Positions 9,545 to 21,031 of a stretch of DNA of 64,000 nucleotides are shown here, one piece after another. The number at the start of each line of letters is the position of its first letter. Position 1 is the stretch's first letter. The notes beneath the pieces were generated by a model. It had not been told where the DNA came from. It saw only the letters and a list, made by a program, of their open reading frames with translations, and searched no databases. A program made the position numbers and the translations under genes. This DNA comes from Arcobacteraceae bacterium (lineage in GTDB: Bacteria; Campylobacterota; Campylobacteria; Campylobacterales; Arcobacteraceae): the NCBI GenBank assembly GCA_963662945.1, contig OY759974.1:544001-608000 (forward strand), read 5' to 3'.

Positions 9545-10162
9545 TCACAAACCTTGAAGCAAAATATTCCAGATATATTCAACTTCATCATCATTAAATG
9601 ATAAGGTACTTTTCCCTTCAAAAAGTTCTTTTATTTTTTGAAGAGAAAAACTTTTGCTGTAACTACAGTGTGCATGTGTTGGTAAAAAACTCCTAACAAG
9701 AGATATATCTTGAGAAATTGTCTCTTCACACAATAAACACTCATATTCAGTATGTAAACGACCTTCATGTTCACATAATAAAACATAACTCTCTATAATA
9801 GCTCTTTTAGGATTTTGTTTTACCATTTTATGAGCTAACGTATCAAGGAGTTCAAAATAAAAATCTTCTATCTCTTCCACATCTTTTAAATGGGGATAAA
9901 ATAGTTTTATAAATCGTTGCCAACAATATAATTTTTGAGAATCTAATATCCAAGGATATCCAATTTGAATAACATCTTTAAGTCTAGGGATGGTACTTTT
10001 TAAATTTGTTTCTATTTCAAAATCTATTTTAAATCCTACATGTATAATAGAGTGTCTAGCCCCATAAAAACGGTAAGTTGTATAAAGATTATTTTCTGTT
10101 AATATGGTAACAATTAAGTCCTCATCTTTAACATTATTGATGTTTATTATATATCCCTGCAT
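9545..10162 (-). CDS. recO: Recombination protein RecO (Campylobacterota type)
   Basis: MQGYI...DEDLIV.IL...YRFYGARHS; EGRLH...CLLC zinc finger. Confidence 0.85.
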   Translation of the reverse strand: MQGYIININNVKDEDLIVTILTENNLYTTYRFYGARHSIIHVGFKIDFEIETNLKSTIPRLKDVIQIGYPWILDSQKLYCWQRFIKLFYPHLKDVEEIEDFYFELLDTLAHKMVKQNPKRAIIESYVLLCEHEGRLHTEYECLLCEETISQDISLVRSFLPTHAHCSYSKSFSLQKIKELFEGKSTLSFNDDEVEYIWNILLQGL

Positions 10163-10315
10163 TGGATTATTATAGCTTAATTTTTGTTAAACTAGATTTT
10201 AAGCTTCTTTTGGATACAATCGCATAAATATAGGGAATCTTTGCAAACAAACTTAAATAGGTTAAGTTTCTATTTTAAAGATACCGTATTTATACACAAA
10301 GGTAATTAATAAAAT

Positions 10316-11794
10316 ATGAAATTTACAGATTTTAATCTAAAACAAGAGCTTAACAAAGCAATCGAAACAGCGGGATTTATTCAACCAAGTCCTATTCAAG
10401 AAGAGGCTATTCCTCAAGTGCTTATGGGTAAAGATATCGTAGCACAAGCACAAACAGGTACAGGGAAAACTGCAGCATTTGGACTTCCAGTTCTAAACAT
10501 GATGGAATGTAATGGAAAAGTTGAAATGGTTGTTATTGTACCAACAAGAGAACTTGCTATTCAAGTAAGTGATGAATTATTTAAATTCGGAAAGTTTTTA
10601 AATATAAAAACAGCAACAGTCTATGGTGGAACAGCGTATTCAAGACAAATTAAACATGTTGAAAGTGCTTCAATTATTGTAGCAACTCCAGGGAGATTTT
10701 TAGATTTACTTTCAAAAAAACAAATCAATATAAATCCAAAATATGTAGTTCTTGATGAAGCAGATGAGATGATGGATATGGGATTTTTAGATGATATTAA
10801 AGAGATTTTTGAACATCTAAAAAATAGAAAACAAACTTTAATGTTCTCTGCAACTATGCCCCTTCCAATTAAAAAACTAGCGGAAAAAATACTAGTAGAC
10901 CCATCTTTTATTACAGTAACTAAACAAGAGATGACAAATACGAAAATTGCACAATCTTTTTATGTTGTTGAAGAATATGAAAGAGATGATGCACTTATTC
11001 GACTTTTTGATTTTAAAAATCCAGAAAAAGCGATAGTATTTTGTAAAATGAAACGAGATGTTGACAGACTTTCAACATATTTAGTAGCACAAGGTTACAG
11101 TGCAAAAGGTCTTCATGGAGATATGGAGCAAAGACAAAGAGAAGAAGTTATACGAGCTTTTAAAACTGATACGTTAGAAGTTTTAGTTGCAACAGATGTA
11201 GCGGCACGTGGACTTGATGTAAAGGGTGTAACACACGTATTTAACTACCAACTTCCATTTGATAGTGAAAGTTATGTTCACAGAATCGGACGAACAGGTC
11301 GTGGTGGTAAAGAAGGAAGTGCAGTTTCAATTGTAACTCCAGCAGAATTTAGAAGTTTACAAAAAATACAAAAAGATGTAGGTTCAAATATAGAAAGTAA
11401 AATTGTTCCAAATAAAGCTTTAGTAAAAGATAAAGCCGTATTAGCGCTAAAAGAAAAAATTGCAACACAAGAGATTGATGAAGCAGTATATGAACTTGTT
11501 GAACAATTAAAAGAACAATATGATCTATCTAGTATCACTTATAAACTTGCGACAATCCTTATGAACCAAACAAAAATCAAAGGAAAAGATACTATTGGTA
11601 AATCTCAAAAAGATATTGAATTTTTACTAGAACGTGCTTTAAAAAGTAATGGTAGAGATTCAAGAGGTGGACGAAGTGGAAGCCGAAGTAGAGATAGAAA
11701 CAGAAGTGGCGGAAATAGAGACAGAAACCGAAATAGTGGAAATAAAGACAGAAATAGAAGTAGTGGAAACAAAGACTCAAGAGGTAGAAGATAA
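10316..11794 (+). CDS. DEAD-box RNA helicase
   Basis: Q motif, AQTGTGKT, PTRELA, DEAD, SAT, HRIGRTGR; Arg/Ser/Gly-rich tail. Confidence 0.95.
   Translation: MKFTDFNLKQELNKAIETAGFIQPSPIQEEAIPQVLMGKDIVAQAQTGTGKTAAFGLPVLNMMECNGKVEMVVIVPTRELAIQVSDELFKFGKFLNIKTATVYGGTAYSRQIKHVESASIIVATPGRFLDLLSKKQININPKYVVLDEADEMMDMGFLDDIKEIFEHLKNRKQTLMFSATMPLPIKKLAEKILVDPSFITVTKQEMTNTKIAQSFYVVEEYERDDALIRLFDFKNPEKAIVFCKMKRDVDRLSTYLVAQGYSAKGLHGDMEQRQREEVIRAFKTDTLEVLVATDVAARGLDVKGVTHVFNYQLPFDSESYVHRIGRTGRGGKEGSAVSIVTPAEFRSLQKIQKDVGSNIESKIVPNKALVKDKAVLALKEKIATQEIDEAVYELVEQLKEQYDLSSITYKLATILMNQTKIKGKDTIGKSQKDIEFLLERALKSNGRDSRGGRSGSRSRDRNRSGGNRDRNRNSGNKDRNRSSGNKDSRGRR
11690..11770 (+). repeat. 3 x 27-bp coding tandem repeat ((R/K)DRNRxxGN) in the helicase tail
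   Basis: agagatagaaacagaagtggcggaaat plus two variants. Confidence 0.8.
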
Positions 11795-11797
11795 TCT

Positions 11798-12679
11798 ATG
11801 ACTTCTCAAAAAAAAGCAACAGTAGTATCTAGTAGTGTAGCAGCATTTCTCACATTGATGAAATTTGCTGTTGGACTTTTAAGTGGTTCTGTTGCTGTTT
11901 TAGCAAGTGCTGTTGATAGTATACTTGATATGTTTGTATCTGTTTTCAACTACTTTGCTATTACAAATTCTGAGAAACCTGCTGATGATGAATTTAATTA
12001 TGGTAGAGGAAAAATAGAAGCACTAGCTAGTGTAATAGAGGGTGTTATTATCTCTATGTCAGGGCTTTTTCTTTTATATACTGCAGTTAAAAAATATTTT
12101 TCAAATGAAACATCTTCTTATTTAGATGTTTCACTTATCGTAATGATAATATCACTTTTTATAACTATAGGACTTGTAACATACCTTAACAAAGTTGCAA
12201 AAGATACAAATAGTATGGTTATAAAAGCTGATGCACTTCACTATAAAACAGATGTTTGGGTAAATGGTGCTGTACTTTTTTCGATAGTAGCTGTTTACAT
12301 TACAGGTTATGAAATAGTTGATATTTTAATTGGTGGAGCTATATCCGTTTATATCATTTATAGTGCCTATGAACTTATTCAAGAAGGAATTTTAGTACTT
12401 TTAGATAGGGCATTAGATGAAGAAATAGCCAAAGAAATTGTAACAATTATTAAAAATGAAAAAGTAGTAAATGATCACCATTTTTTAAAAACAAGAACTG
12501 CAGGGCATGATAATTTTGTTGAAGTTCATTTAGTTTTTGATTGTTTAATAGGTTTAATGGAGGCACATAAGGCTTCAGATAGAATTGAAGATAAAATAAG
12601 ACAACTTGATTCCTCAAAAAATTGGGTTATAAATATACATCTTGATCCATATGATGATTCTGGAATGAACAAACACTAA
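11798..12679 (+). CDS. Cation diffusion facilitator (FieF-like)
   Basis: SGSVAVLASAVDS, YGRGKIEAL, ADALHYKTD, IHLDP. Confidence 0.9.
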   Translation: MTSQKKATVVSSSVAAFLTLMKFAVGLLSGSVAVLASAVDSILDMFVSVFNYFAITNSEKPADDEFNYGRGKIEALASVIEGVIISMSGLFLLYTAVKKYFSNETSSYLDVSLIVMIISLFITIGLVTYLNKVAKDTNSMVIKADALHYKTDVWVNGAVLFSIVAVYITGYEIVDILIGGAISVYIIYSAYELIQEGILVLLDRALDEEIAKEIVTIIKNEKVVNDHHFLKTRTAGHDNFVEVHLVFDCLIGLMEAHKASDRIEDKIRQLDSSKNWVINIHLDPYDDSGMNKH

Positions 12680-12808
12680 TTTAACAAATAATACAGTAAA
12701 AATTAATTCATATATTATTAATTTTCATATATACTTTCAGATATTAATAATTAAGAAGATAGTATAATCATTCAAAATTTAGTCAAAGATAAATAGGATA
12801 ATAACAAT

Positions 12809-14152
12809 ATGATAACATGGATGCAAAGACACAAAAAATGGCTTATAGTAACAATTTGGGTCAGTACAATAGCGTTTGTTGGTGCTGGTTTCGTTGGTTG
12901 GGGTAGCTATAACTATGGTAAGTCAGATAGTGCAGTTGCAGTTGTTGGAAATAAAGAAGTTCCATTAGCAGATTTACAAACTGAATACAGTAATCTTTAT
13001 GCACAATACCAAAAAATGCTAGGAAAAAGTTTCAATCAAGAGTTAGCTAAACAATTTAAATTAAAACAAATGGCATTACAAAGAGTAATTCAAAAATATC
13101 TACTTTTAAATTATGCAGATGAATTAGGACTTATGACTACAGATTTAGAGGTAGCAAAAGAGTTGGTAAAAATACCATCATTTTTAAAAGATGGAAAATT
13201 TGATAAAAATACTTATGTAAGTGTTTTAAAACAAAATAGAAGAACTGTAAGTGAATTTGAAGATCAACTAAAAAAAGATTTACTTGTAGCCAAAGTTCAA
13301 AAAATATTTGATATAGCACTTGAAAAAAATGAAATCAATAATATAGGTAGTTTACTTTTTAGTCAAGATAAAGTAAGTATCAAAATAATCAAAGATGATA
13401 TGATAAAAATTACACCAACATTAGATGAACTTAAAAAATATTGGGAAAAAAATAAAGAAAACTACAAATCTCCAAAAGGCTATGATATTAGCTACTATAA
13501 AGTAGAAAATATTGATGGAAAAGATACAAAAGAGATGAAAAAAGAAGCTTTAAGAGAGTATCTTGATCTAAAAAAAGAAAAAAACCAATTTCAAAAAACA
13601 ATCACTATTTTTGATAATTCAGACTTCTTACCAAAAGAGGAATTAGATAAAGTTATTACAGCTGAGAATAATGAAGTTTTAAAACCTATTTTAAAAGACA
13701 ATAGTTACTATGTAATCAGAATGAATAAAAAAGTTGCAGCACAAACTTTACCATTTGAAGATGTAAAATCACAAATTAACAAAGCATATATAGTTGAACA
13801 AAAAAATAAACAACTTGAAGAGTTAGCACAAAAAGAACTAAAAAACTTTAATGGTGTTAACATAGGATATGTTACAAGAGCTTCTGATATTGAAGTGAAT
13901 GGGCTTACTAAAGAAGAAACAACTCAAGTATTACAAACAATTTTTAAATCACCTAAAAAAATGAATTATGTAAATTTAGGAACAAAAATTGTATTATTTG
14001 AAATTACAGATACAATGATGCCAACTCTTGATGAAAAAAATATTGAAATAGTAACATCATCAATAGAGGGTGCAAAAACGAATGCAATTACCAGTGTATT
14101 TTTAGAGAAACTACAAAACAAATATGATGTGAAATCATACTTAAGCGAGTAA
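12809..14152 (+). CDS. PpiD/SurA-N family periplasmic chaperone
   Basis: MITWMQRHKK..FVGAGFVGWG N-terminus; conserved position before ftsA. Confidence 0.8.
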   Translation: MITWMQRHKKWLIVTIWVSTIAFVGAGFVGWGSYNYGKSDSAVAVVGNKEVPLADLQTEYSNLYAQYQKMLGKSFNQELAKQFKLKQMALQRVIQKYLLLNYADELGLMTTDLEVAKELVKIPSFLKDGKFDKNTYVSVLKQNRRTVSEFEDQLKKDLLVAKVQKIFDIALEKNEINNIGSLLFSQDKVSIKIIKDDMIKITPTLDELKKYWEKNKENYKSPKGYDISYYKVENIDGKDTKEMKKEALREYLDLKKEKNQFQKTITIFDNSDFLPKEELDKVITAENNEVLKPILKDNSYYVIRMNKKVAAQTLPFEDVKSQINKAYIVEQKNKQLEELAQKELKNFNGVNIGYVTRASDIEVNGLTKEETTQVLQTIFKSPKKMNYVNLGTKIVLFEITDTMMPTLDEKNIEIVTSSIEGAKTNAITSVFLEKLQNKYDVKSYLSE

Positions 14153-14155
14153 TAT

Positions 14156-15526
14156 TTGAATAATTCTATTTTAGCTATTGATATTGGTACGACAAATATA
14201 ATTGCTATAGTTGCATCAAATGACTATAGTAATAAAATAAATATTTTAGGTGTTGGTCAAACTAAAAGTGAAGGTATAAAAAAAGGAAATATTGTTGATA
14301 TTGATTTAGCAAGTCAATGTATCAATGATGCTGTAGCAACTGCTACAAACAGCTCAGGAACACAAGCTACGAAAGCAGTAGTTTCAATAAGTGGTGCAAA
14401 TACAAAAACATTGATGAGTAATGGTGTAGTGAATATTCCAAGTGGACAAATCACACATAATGATATCAAACAAGTTCTCAAAATGGCACTTTATAATGCG
14501 CAAGTAATTTCTGACTATGAAGTAATCCATGTATTACCTATATTTTTTAGAGTTGATGATGGAACAACAATTACAAATCCATTAAATATGAATGGTTCTA
14601 GAATTGAAGTATCTGTTAATATAATAACAGCAAAAAAAACATCTTTAACAAATGTAAGAAATGCATTAAAACAAGTCAATCTTTCTGTTGATAAATTTGT
14701 TTTGTCTGGATATGCAAATGCAATTGCAACACTTAATGAAGACCAAAAGAAATTAGGAGCTGCTGTTATCAACCTTGGTGGTACGACAAGTCAATTTGTT
14801 GTTCAAAAAGGGACAACAATCATATATAATGATTTTTTACCTATTGGAAGTGAAAACATTACGCACGATATTGTTTCTACATTTCATACACCATATAGTG
14901 CTGCTAATATGATCAAAAAGCAGTATGCTACACTTTTACCTTATGATGATAATGAAAATGAAAATAGTATTAAAAAAGTAAAACTTCCATTATTAGGAAA
15001 TGAATCAGAATCTAAAGAGATTTCATTAGAACAAATTCAACCAATCATTCATGCAAGAATAGAAGAAACACTCTCAATCATACATGATAGACTGGTAGAT
15101 AGTGCTGCTATTGAAAGTATTGATGGAGGAATAGTTCTTACAGGTGGAATGACTTATATACCAGGAATAAAAGAGTTAGCTAGTAAAGTATTTAAAGATA
15201 TCCCCGTTCGAATTTCCAATCCTAAAAATATACAAAATGGTTATATCAATTTTAACGTTCCTACAATGTCAACAATTGTTGGATTATTACTATATGAATT
15301 AGATTGTGATAATGTTTTTGAATTAGATAGTAATACAAACCTTGTACAAATGCATACAAAAAAACAAAATGAAAATACTATGACGCATGCTAAAGAAACT
15401 GCAAATCATTCTCATGAAACGAGTGAATCATTGAATAATATTCAAGATATAAAAAACAATAAACCAAAAGAGGCTAAAAAATCTCTTTTTGGTTCTGTAT
15501 TAGATAAGATGGCAAGGTGGATTTAA
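14156..15526 (+). CDS. ftsA: Cell division protein FtsA
   Basis: AIDIGT, GIKKG.IVDI, GIVLTGG; upstream of ftsZ. Confidence 0.95.
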   Translation: MNNSILAIDIGTTNIIAIVASNDYSNKINILGVGQTKSEGIKKGNIVDIDLASQCINDAVATATNSSGTQATKAVVSISGANTKTLMSNGVVNIPSGQITHNDIKQVLKMALYNAQVISDYEVIHVLPIFFRVDDGTTITNPLNMNGSRIEVSVNIITAKKTSLTNVRNALKQVNLSVDKFVLSGYANAIATLNEDQKKLGAAVINLGGTTSQFVVQKGTTIIYNDFLPIGSENITHDIVSTFHTPYSAANMIKKQYATLLPYDDNENENSIKKVKLPLLGNESESKEISLEQIQPIIHARIEETLSIIHDRLVDSAAIESIDGGIVLTGGMTYIPGIKELASKVFKDIPVRISNPKNIQNGYINFNVPTMSTIVGLLLYELDCDNVFELDSNTNLVQMHTKKQNENTMTHAKETANHSHETSESLNNIQDIKNNKPKEAKKSLFGSVLDKMARWI

Positions 15527-16686
15527 TGAATGAAAATCTTTTTGATCATAGTAATATAAGAGTTCAAAAACCATCTAAAGTATTAGAACAAAATGCTGCA
15601 AAAATTGCAGTAGTTGGAGTTGGTGGTGGTGGTTGTAACATGATCAACCATATGATAAATGAAGGAACTCATAAAATTGATTTAATTGTAGCAAATACAG
15701 ATTTACAAGTTTTAAATTTATCAAAAGCACCTAAAAAAATACAATTAGGTATTGAACTAACGAGAGGATTAGGAGCAGGAATGCGTCCTGATATTGGAAG
15801 AGATTCTGCTTTAGAAAATTATCAAGAGATAAAAGAATCTCTTGAGGGTTCAGATATTGTATTTATAGCTGCTGGTCTTGGTGGTGGAACTGGAACAGGT
15901 GCTGCTGCTGTTGTTGCAAAAGCAGCTAAAGAGATTGGTGCTTTAACTGTATCAGTGGTAACAAAACCTTTTAAATGGGAAGGTAAAAAAAGAACTGGTT
16001 TAGCAAATTTAGGTTTAGAAGAACTCAAAAAAGTTAGTGATTCGATTATTATTATACCAAACGATAGATTACGAAATATTGTTGAAGAAAACATTGGTAT
16101 GAAAGACGCTTTTAAAGTTGTTGATGATGTTTTATACCAAGCTGTAAATGGGATGAGTGAAGTTATCTTAAAACCAGGTTCAGATGATATTAATGTGGAT
16201 TTTGCTGATGTAAGAACTATTATGCAACACAAAGGGATTGCACTAATGGGAATTGGGAAAGCAAAAGGTGATGATGCTGCAAATCAAGCCTTAGAACAAG
16301 CAGTAAAATCTCCATTATTAGATGAAATTTCATTAAGTGGCGCCAAAGGGATTATGATTCACTGGACAGTAAATCCAAATGTATCAATGTTTGCCATTGG
16401 TGATGTTATGGAACATATTCACGAAACTTTAATCGGAACACCTGATATTATTTTTGGAACTACTACAGATGAAAACTTAGCAGTAGATGAGATTAAAATC
16501 ACAATTGTTGCAACAGGTTTTGCTTCACCTGAAGAACCACAAGAAGAAGAGCTTATAAAGCCTGTACACAAAAGTAATGCAAATATTAATACAAGACTTT
16601 CAGCACAAGATATAGAAAGTCAATATGATCTTCCTCCACTTATGAGAGGTTATTCTATTAAATTTAGCTTATCAAAACAAAGCTAA
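15526..16686 (+). CDS. ftsZ: Cell division protein FtsZ
   Basis: GVGGGG, GGGTGTG tubulin signature, INVDFADV; ATG overlaps the ftsA stop. Confidence 0.97.
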   Translation: MNENLFDHSNIRVQKPSKVLEQNAAKIAVVGVGGGGCNMINHMINEGTHKIDLIVANTDLQVLNLSKAPKKIQLGIELTRGLGAGMRPDIGRDSALENYQEIKESLEGSDIVFIAAGLGGGTGTGAAAVVAKAAKEIGALTVSVVTKPFKWEGKKRTGLANLGLEELKKVSDSIIIIPNDRLRNIVEENIGMKDAFKVVDDVLYQAVNGMSEVILKPGSDDINVDFADVRTIMQHKGIALMGIGKAKGDDAANQALEQAVKSPLLDEISLSGAKGIMIHWTVNPNVSMFAIGDVMEHIHETLIGTPDIIFGTTTDENLAVDEIKITIVATGFASPEEPQEEELIKPVHKSNANINTRLSAQDIESQYDLPPLMRGYSIKFSLSKQS

Positions 16687-16694
16687 ATTTATTT

Positions 16695-17060
16695 CTATTC
16701 TTCAAAAACAATAATATCATATTGACTTTTTTTCACAACAAGTGCTTTACTTGTTGCTTCATTCAATCCTTTTGTTTGTAATTCACATATAGATATTTCT
16801 AACTTTTTGATTTTATCTTCTAATTCAAGTATTCTACTTACTCCTGCAATATTGATACCTTGTTCTCTAGTAAGCATCAATATATACTTTATATAATCTA
16901 TATCTTCTTGAGAATAAAGTCTAATTTTCCCACTCGTACGACTAGGCGTAACTAGACCTTCTCTTTCATATTGTCTTAAAGTTTGAGGATGTATATTTAA
17001 TATTGTCGAAACTTCACTAATAAGGTATACAGGTTCACAATATGATTTTCCAAAAGACAT
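16695..17060 (-). CDS. hspR: Heat-shock repressor HspR (MerR family)
   Basis: EPVYLIS...IHPQTLRQYEREGL.PSRT.GKIRLYS; downstream of cbpA. Confidence 0.9.
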   Translation of the reverse strand: MSFGKSYCEPVYLISEVSTILNIHPQTLRQYEREGLVTPSRTSGKIRLYSQEDIDYIKYILMLTREQGINIAGVSRILELEDKIKKLEISICELQTKGLNEATSKALVVKKSQYDIIVFEE

Positions 17061-17061
17061 T

Positions 17062-17961
17062 TTATAGTCCTTCCGGTAATTTTTCTTCTAGTAATTTTAC
17101 TAACTCACTATCTAAAGACTCTAATTTTGGTAAAATAATATTAGCTTTAAGATATAAACTTCCTTTTTCTTTTGTTTTTCTATTATAAGCACCTAATTCT
17201 TTTACTCTAAACTTTTGATTTTGTTTTGTATTTTGTGGTACTTTAAGTGTAATATCTTTTGTAAGAGTAGGTATAACTACTTTTCCACCAAATAATGCAG
17301 TTTTTAAAGGTACGTCAAATGATTTTATGAGATCATCTTCATCTCTTTCATATTCATCACTTGGACGAATATTTAGAGTAATTATTAAATCACCTCTAGG
17401 AAATCCATGTGATTGACGCCCTTTCCCTTTAGCTCGTATTTTTTGGCCATCTGCAATACCTTCTGGTATCTTAATATCAAATGATTCACCATTTATAGAG
17501 ACGTTTTTGACTCCACCTAAAATAGATGTATTAAAATCTATTGTCAGATTTGCACTCACATCTAAATCAGGTTCTCCAAAGCCCCCTCTTCCAAACGAAC
17601 TTCCACCAAAGCCACTACTTGAAAAACCACCTTGACTAAATCCTCCGCCAAAGCCTCCACCTTGACCAAACATTTGTCGTAAAATATCATTGATATCAAC
17701 TCCTGCACCTTGCCCTCTTGCAAAGTCATGAAAATTTTGACCACCAAACATATCATCACCATGCATATCATATTGTGCTTTTTTCTGTTCATCCCCCAAA
17801 ACTTCATATGCAGCATTGATCTCTTTAAACTTCTCCTCTGCTTTTGGGTCTTTATTCATATCTGGATGATATTTTTTAGCCAATGTTCTATAAGCTTTTT
17901 TTATCTCTGCTGCTGTTGCATTTTCACTAACTTCTAATGTTTCATATAAACTTTTTGCCAT
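17062..17961 (-). CDS. cbpA: DnaJ-class co-chaperone CbpA
   Basis: J domain with HPD, G/F-rich linker, no zinc finger. Confidence 0.9.
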   Translation of the reverse strand: MAKSLYETLEVSENATAAEIKKAYRTLAKKYHPDMNKDPKAEEKFKEINAAYEVLGDEQKKAQYDMHGDDMFGGQNFHDFARGQGAGVDINDILRQMFGQGGGFGGGFSQGGFSSSGFGGSSFGRGGFGEPDLDVSANLTIDFNTSILGGVKNVSINGESFDIKIPEGIADGQKIRAKGKGRQSHGFPRGDLIITLNIRPSDEYERDEDDLIKSFDVPLKTALFGGKVVIPTLTKDITLKVPQNTKQNQKFRVKELGAYNRKTKEKGSLYLKANIILPKLESLDSELVKLLEEKLPEGL

Positions 17962-18015
17962 TTTTTATAAACCTTCTAAATAATTTAATTATATTTTGCT
18001 ATTTTTAGCGATAAA

Positions 18016-18049
18016 ATTATATCACAAAGTTGAGTCAAAGTCAATCAAG
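18016..18049 (-). promoter_or_regulatory. cbpA-hspR promoter with HAIR-like HspR operator
   Basis: Minus strand CTTGATT-N7-ACTCAAC (18029-18049) vs HAIR CTTGAGT-N7-ACTCAAG; extended -10 TGATATAAT at 18016-18024. Confidence 0.75.
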
Positions 18050-18062
18050 GTTTGAATATTTT

Positions 18063-20174
18063 TTAATTTAAAGGTAAAATAATTTTAAAATTTACACCTG
18101 AATATTTTTCATTATTATAAATATATTTTTCATTTGTAACAAAAATTTCACCATGCATATGTGCTGTGATGAGATTGTAAGTCATATGTAATCCAAGTCC
18201 AGTACCTTGAGATTTGTGTTTTGTAGTAAAATAAGGTTCAAATACTTTATTCATTACCTCATTTTCCATACCACCAGCATTGTCTTTAAAGCTAATTTCT
18301 AATTTTTCATTAAATTTTTTTATTTTAATAAAGATATATTTATTTTGAATCTTATGATCAATAAAAGCATCTTTTGCATTATTAAAAAGATTCATAAAAC
18401 ATTGTATTAATTCATTTGGATAACCAACCATTTCAATATCAACTTCAATATCTAGAATTATATGGATATCATTATTTTTTACAACAGATTCAACTAAATG
18501 TAAAAATTTATCGATATTGTCACTAATTTTAAAAACATCTTTAGTTGAGTCACCTTTAATAAAGTCTCTAAAATCATCAATTGTTTTTGAAAGATATTGG
18601 GCATTATCATTAATACTGTTACAAGTTTTTATAAACATTTCATCAGTTAATGCATTGTATTGTTTTTGCAACAACATACCTGTAACACCTGTAGAAATTA
18701 CAGATAGCGGCTGTCTCCATTGATGAGCAATATTTCCAATCATTTCACCCATACTTGCATTTTTTGATTGTTCAAATAATAAATGATCTTTCCTTTTAGT
18801 ATCAGTTATATCTACAAATGTAAGGATAATAAAACCATCACTCATATCTTTAATAACAGGTTTACTAGCTCGTACAATAAAATGATAAACTTCTTCATCT
18901 TTTTTCATCGCAACTTTAAACTCTTTAGAGGGATTTTCAACAATCTTTTGAATCCAATTTTCAGTATTGACAATATAAGAATCATCATTTTCTTCAGGTT
19001 TAATAAAAAAATTACATATACATTTATTTTCTTTTTTAAATTCTTCTAAACTTTTATATTGACTAAAAAATTCAAAAAACTTATCATTAACATCAAAAGA
19101 TTTATTCTCATGTAGTAATATAATAATATAAGGCTGTGAAGATAATATAGCATCAATTTTTTCTTTTTCTTTTTTTGTATATTCTAAATTTTCCTGTAAA
19201 ACATTGTTATATTTTTTATTTAAAATATAATAACCAAGAATTGAGATAGCAATAATGATTAAAAACATTATAAAAGTAATATCTTTTTTAGTCGTTTTTA
19301 AATCAGTCATTGTAAAATCTTCAAATTTCTTAAATAATACGATATATCCCATTTTGTTATTTTGTATATCTGGTATATGATACACTGTTATAAAATAACC
19401 ATTTTCTTCATCTAAAAAATACTTCTCATGATGGTTAATATAACTTTCAACTGAATTTTTTTCCATCAATTGTAATAATGATTTATCTGCATCTAAATTT
19501 GCAACGTAATAATCTTGGATAAAAGTATTTGTAAAAGCTTTTGTTAACTGTTTTTTATACTTTTTATCTGCAAGTATTACAGCACTAAATTTCTCTTCTG
19601 CAAGTTTTCTAGATATGGAATTAAAATGTGTAATAATTTCAAATATTCCAAGATACGTTTTATCTAAGTCATATATGGGAACCAAAGTCTTAAATGTCAT
19701 ATCAAATTTCCCAACACTTATAGTAGATGTAATTTTGGGTTCTTTTAACATTTGTTGTATATCAAGTCTTGATTTATATATTAAGTCTCCTCTATCATCT
19801 GTCCAACTTCTATAAAAATTTCTACCTTGATTATCTATAATCTGAAACCAAACATTTTTAAATCGTGTAAATTCACTCAATGTAAACGAAAGCTTATCTA
19901 GCTGTAAAATTGAATCATCTTTAATCCGTAGAGCTTCTATCATATGCTTATCTCGAGAAAGTGCAAGTGCAATAGAAAGAGTTGATTCTGTTTTATTTTT
20001 AATGAGTAAATCAATTTGTTTTGTGATATTTTTTTGTGTATTTGAATAAATTTTTTGTTTGATAATATCTGTTTTAGTATTGATGGTACTGTTGGAAACA
20101 TAAAAAACAATCGCCGATAATGTAACTATTATAGCGATTGTAATCAATTTAAATCTATTAAGCATTATTATCAC
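18063..20174 (-). CDS. Sensor histidine kinase (periplasmic Cache-like domain)
   Basis: Two TM helices; IAHQWRQPL, NNAKDA, DNAGG, FTTK, GTGLGL. Confidence 0.9.
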   Translation of the reverse strand: MIIMLNRFKLITIAIIVTLSAIVFYVSNSTINTKTDIIKQKIYSNTQKNITKQIDLLIKNKTESTLSIALALSRDKHMIEALRIKDDSILQLDKLSFTLSEFTRFKNVWFQIIDNQGRNFYRSWTDDRGDLIYKSRLDIQQMLKEPKITSTISVGKFDMTFKTLVPIYDLDKTYLGIFEIITHFNSISRKLAEEKFSAVILADKKYKKQLTKAFTNTFIQDYYVANLDADKSLLQLMEKNSVESYINHHEKYFLDEENGYFITVYHIPDIQNNKMGYIVLFKKFEDFTMTDLKTTKKDITFIMFLIIIAISILGYYILNKKYNNVLQENLEYTKKEKEKIDAILSSQPYIIILLHENKSFDVNDKFFEFFSQYKSLEEFKKENKCICNFFIKPEENDDSYIVNTENWIQKIVENPSKEFKVAMKKDEEVYHFIVRASKPVIKDMSDGFIILTFVDITDTKRKDHLLFEQSKNASMGEMIGNIAHQWRQPLSVISTGVTGMLLQKQYNALTDEMFIKTCNSINDNAQYLSKTIDDFRDFIKGDSTKDVFKISDNIDKFLHLVESVVKNNDIHIILDIEVDIEMVGYPNELIQCFMNLFNNAKDAFIDHKIQNKYIFIKIKKFNEKLEISFKDNAGGMENEVMNKVFEPYFTTKHKSQGTGLGLHMTYNLITAHMHGEIFVTNEKYIYNNEKYSGVNFKIILPLN

Positions 20175-20200
20175 CTTATTAGAAATAATTATACTACTTT

Positions 20201-21031
20201 TTACTTAAATTGTATGCAAAAGCCTCTATCAAAGTTCTCTAAGTCTTTATAAAACGTAACACTTTTAGTATTATAATTTTTTTCAATAAAGTTTTTCAAT
20301 GGAATTTTTTGATCATATCCCATCTCACATAATAAAAACTTTATCTCTTTTTTATGTGTTTCTTCTATAATATTTTTTAATAATTCATCACCACCTTTTC
20401 CACCAAAAAGTGCATTTGAAGGTTCATATTTTACATTTTTTGGCAACTTATAATCATCTGCTATATAAGGTGGATTTGATACTACCATATCAAATTGTAT
20501 ATCTAAAGGTACATTTGTAAATAAATCACTTTTTATAAATGTAATTTTATCTTCAACTCCATGTTTAATTGCATTTTCTTTTGCTAGTTCAAGTGCTTTA
20601 TCATTTATATCTACAGCTACTATTTCTATATCTTCTATTAATAGTGCCAACATAATAGAGATGATACCACTTCCAACTCCTATTTCTAAAACTTTAGGAG
20701 ATTTATTCTTTTGTAATATTTCTAAAGCTTTATCTACAAGTATCTCTGTTTCTGGACGAGGTATTAAAACCCCATCTCTTATATGAAACATCTCTCCATA
20801 AAAACTTGCTTTTTGAGTAATGTATTCAATAGGATACTCAGTCGCTCGTCTTTGTACAAGTTTTTTTAATTCTATTTCACAAGTACACTCTTTATCATAA
20901 TTAAGATGTAGCCATATCGTATTTTTTTCTAAAAGATGTAAAATAAGTATCTCTACCTCTTTTTGTGGTATATGTGTAACTTCTCGTAAAAGTACGCTAT
21001 ACTCTTTTATTATCTGCTTATATGTCTTCAA
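20201..21031 (-). CDS. prmC: Release factor glutamine methyltransferase
   Basis: LIPRPETE, EIGVGSG, SNPPY. Confidence 0.93.
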   Translation of the reverse strand: MKTYKQIIKEYSVLLREVTHIPQKEVEILILHLLEKNTIWLHLNYDKECTCEIELKKLVQRRATEYPIEYITQKASFYGEMFHIRDGVLIPRPETEILVDKALEILQKNKSPKVLEIGVGSGIISIMLALLIEDIEIVAVDINDKALELAKENAIKHGVEDKITFIKSDLFTNVPLDIQFDMVVSNPPYIADDYKLPKNVKYEPSNALFGGKGGDELLKNIIEETHKKEIKFLLCEMGYDQKIPLKNFIEKNYNTKSVTFYKDLENFDRGFCIQFK

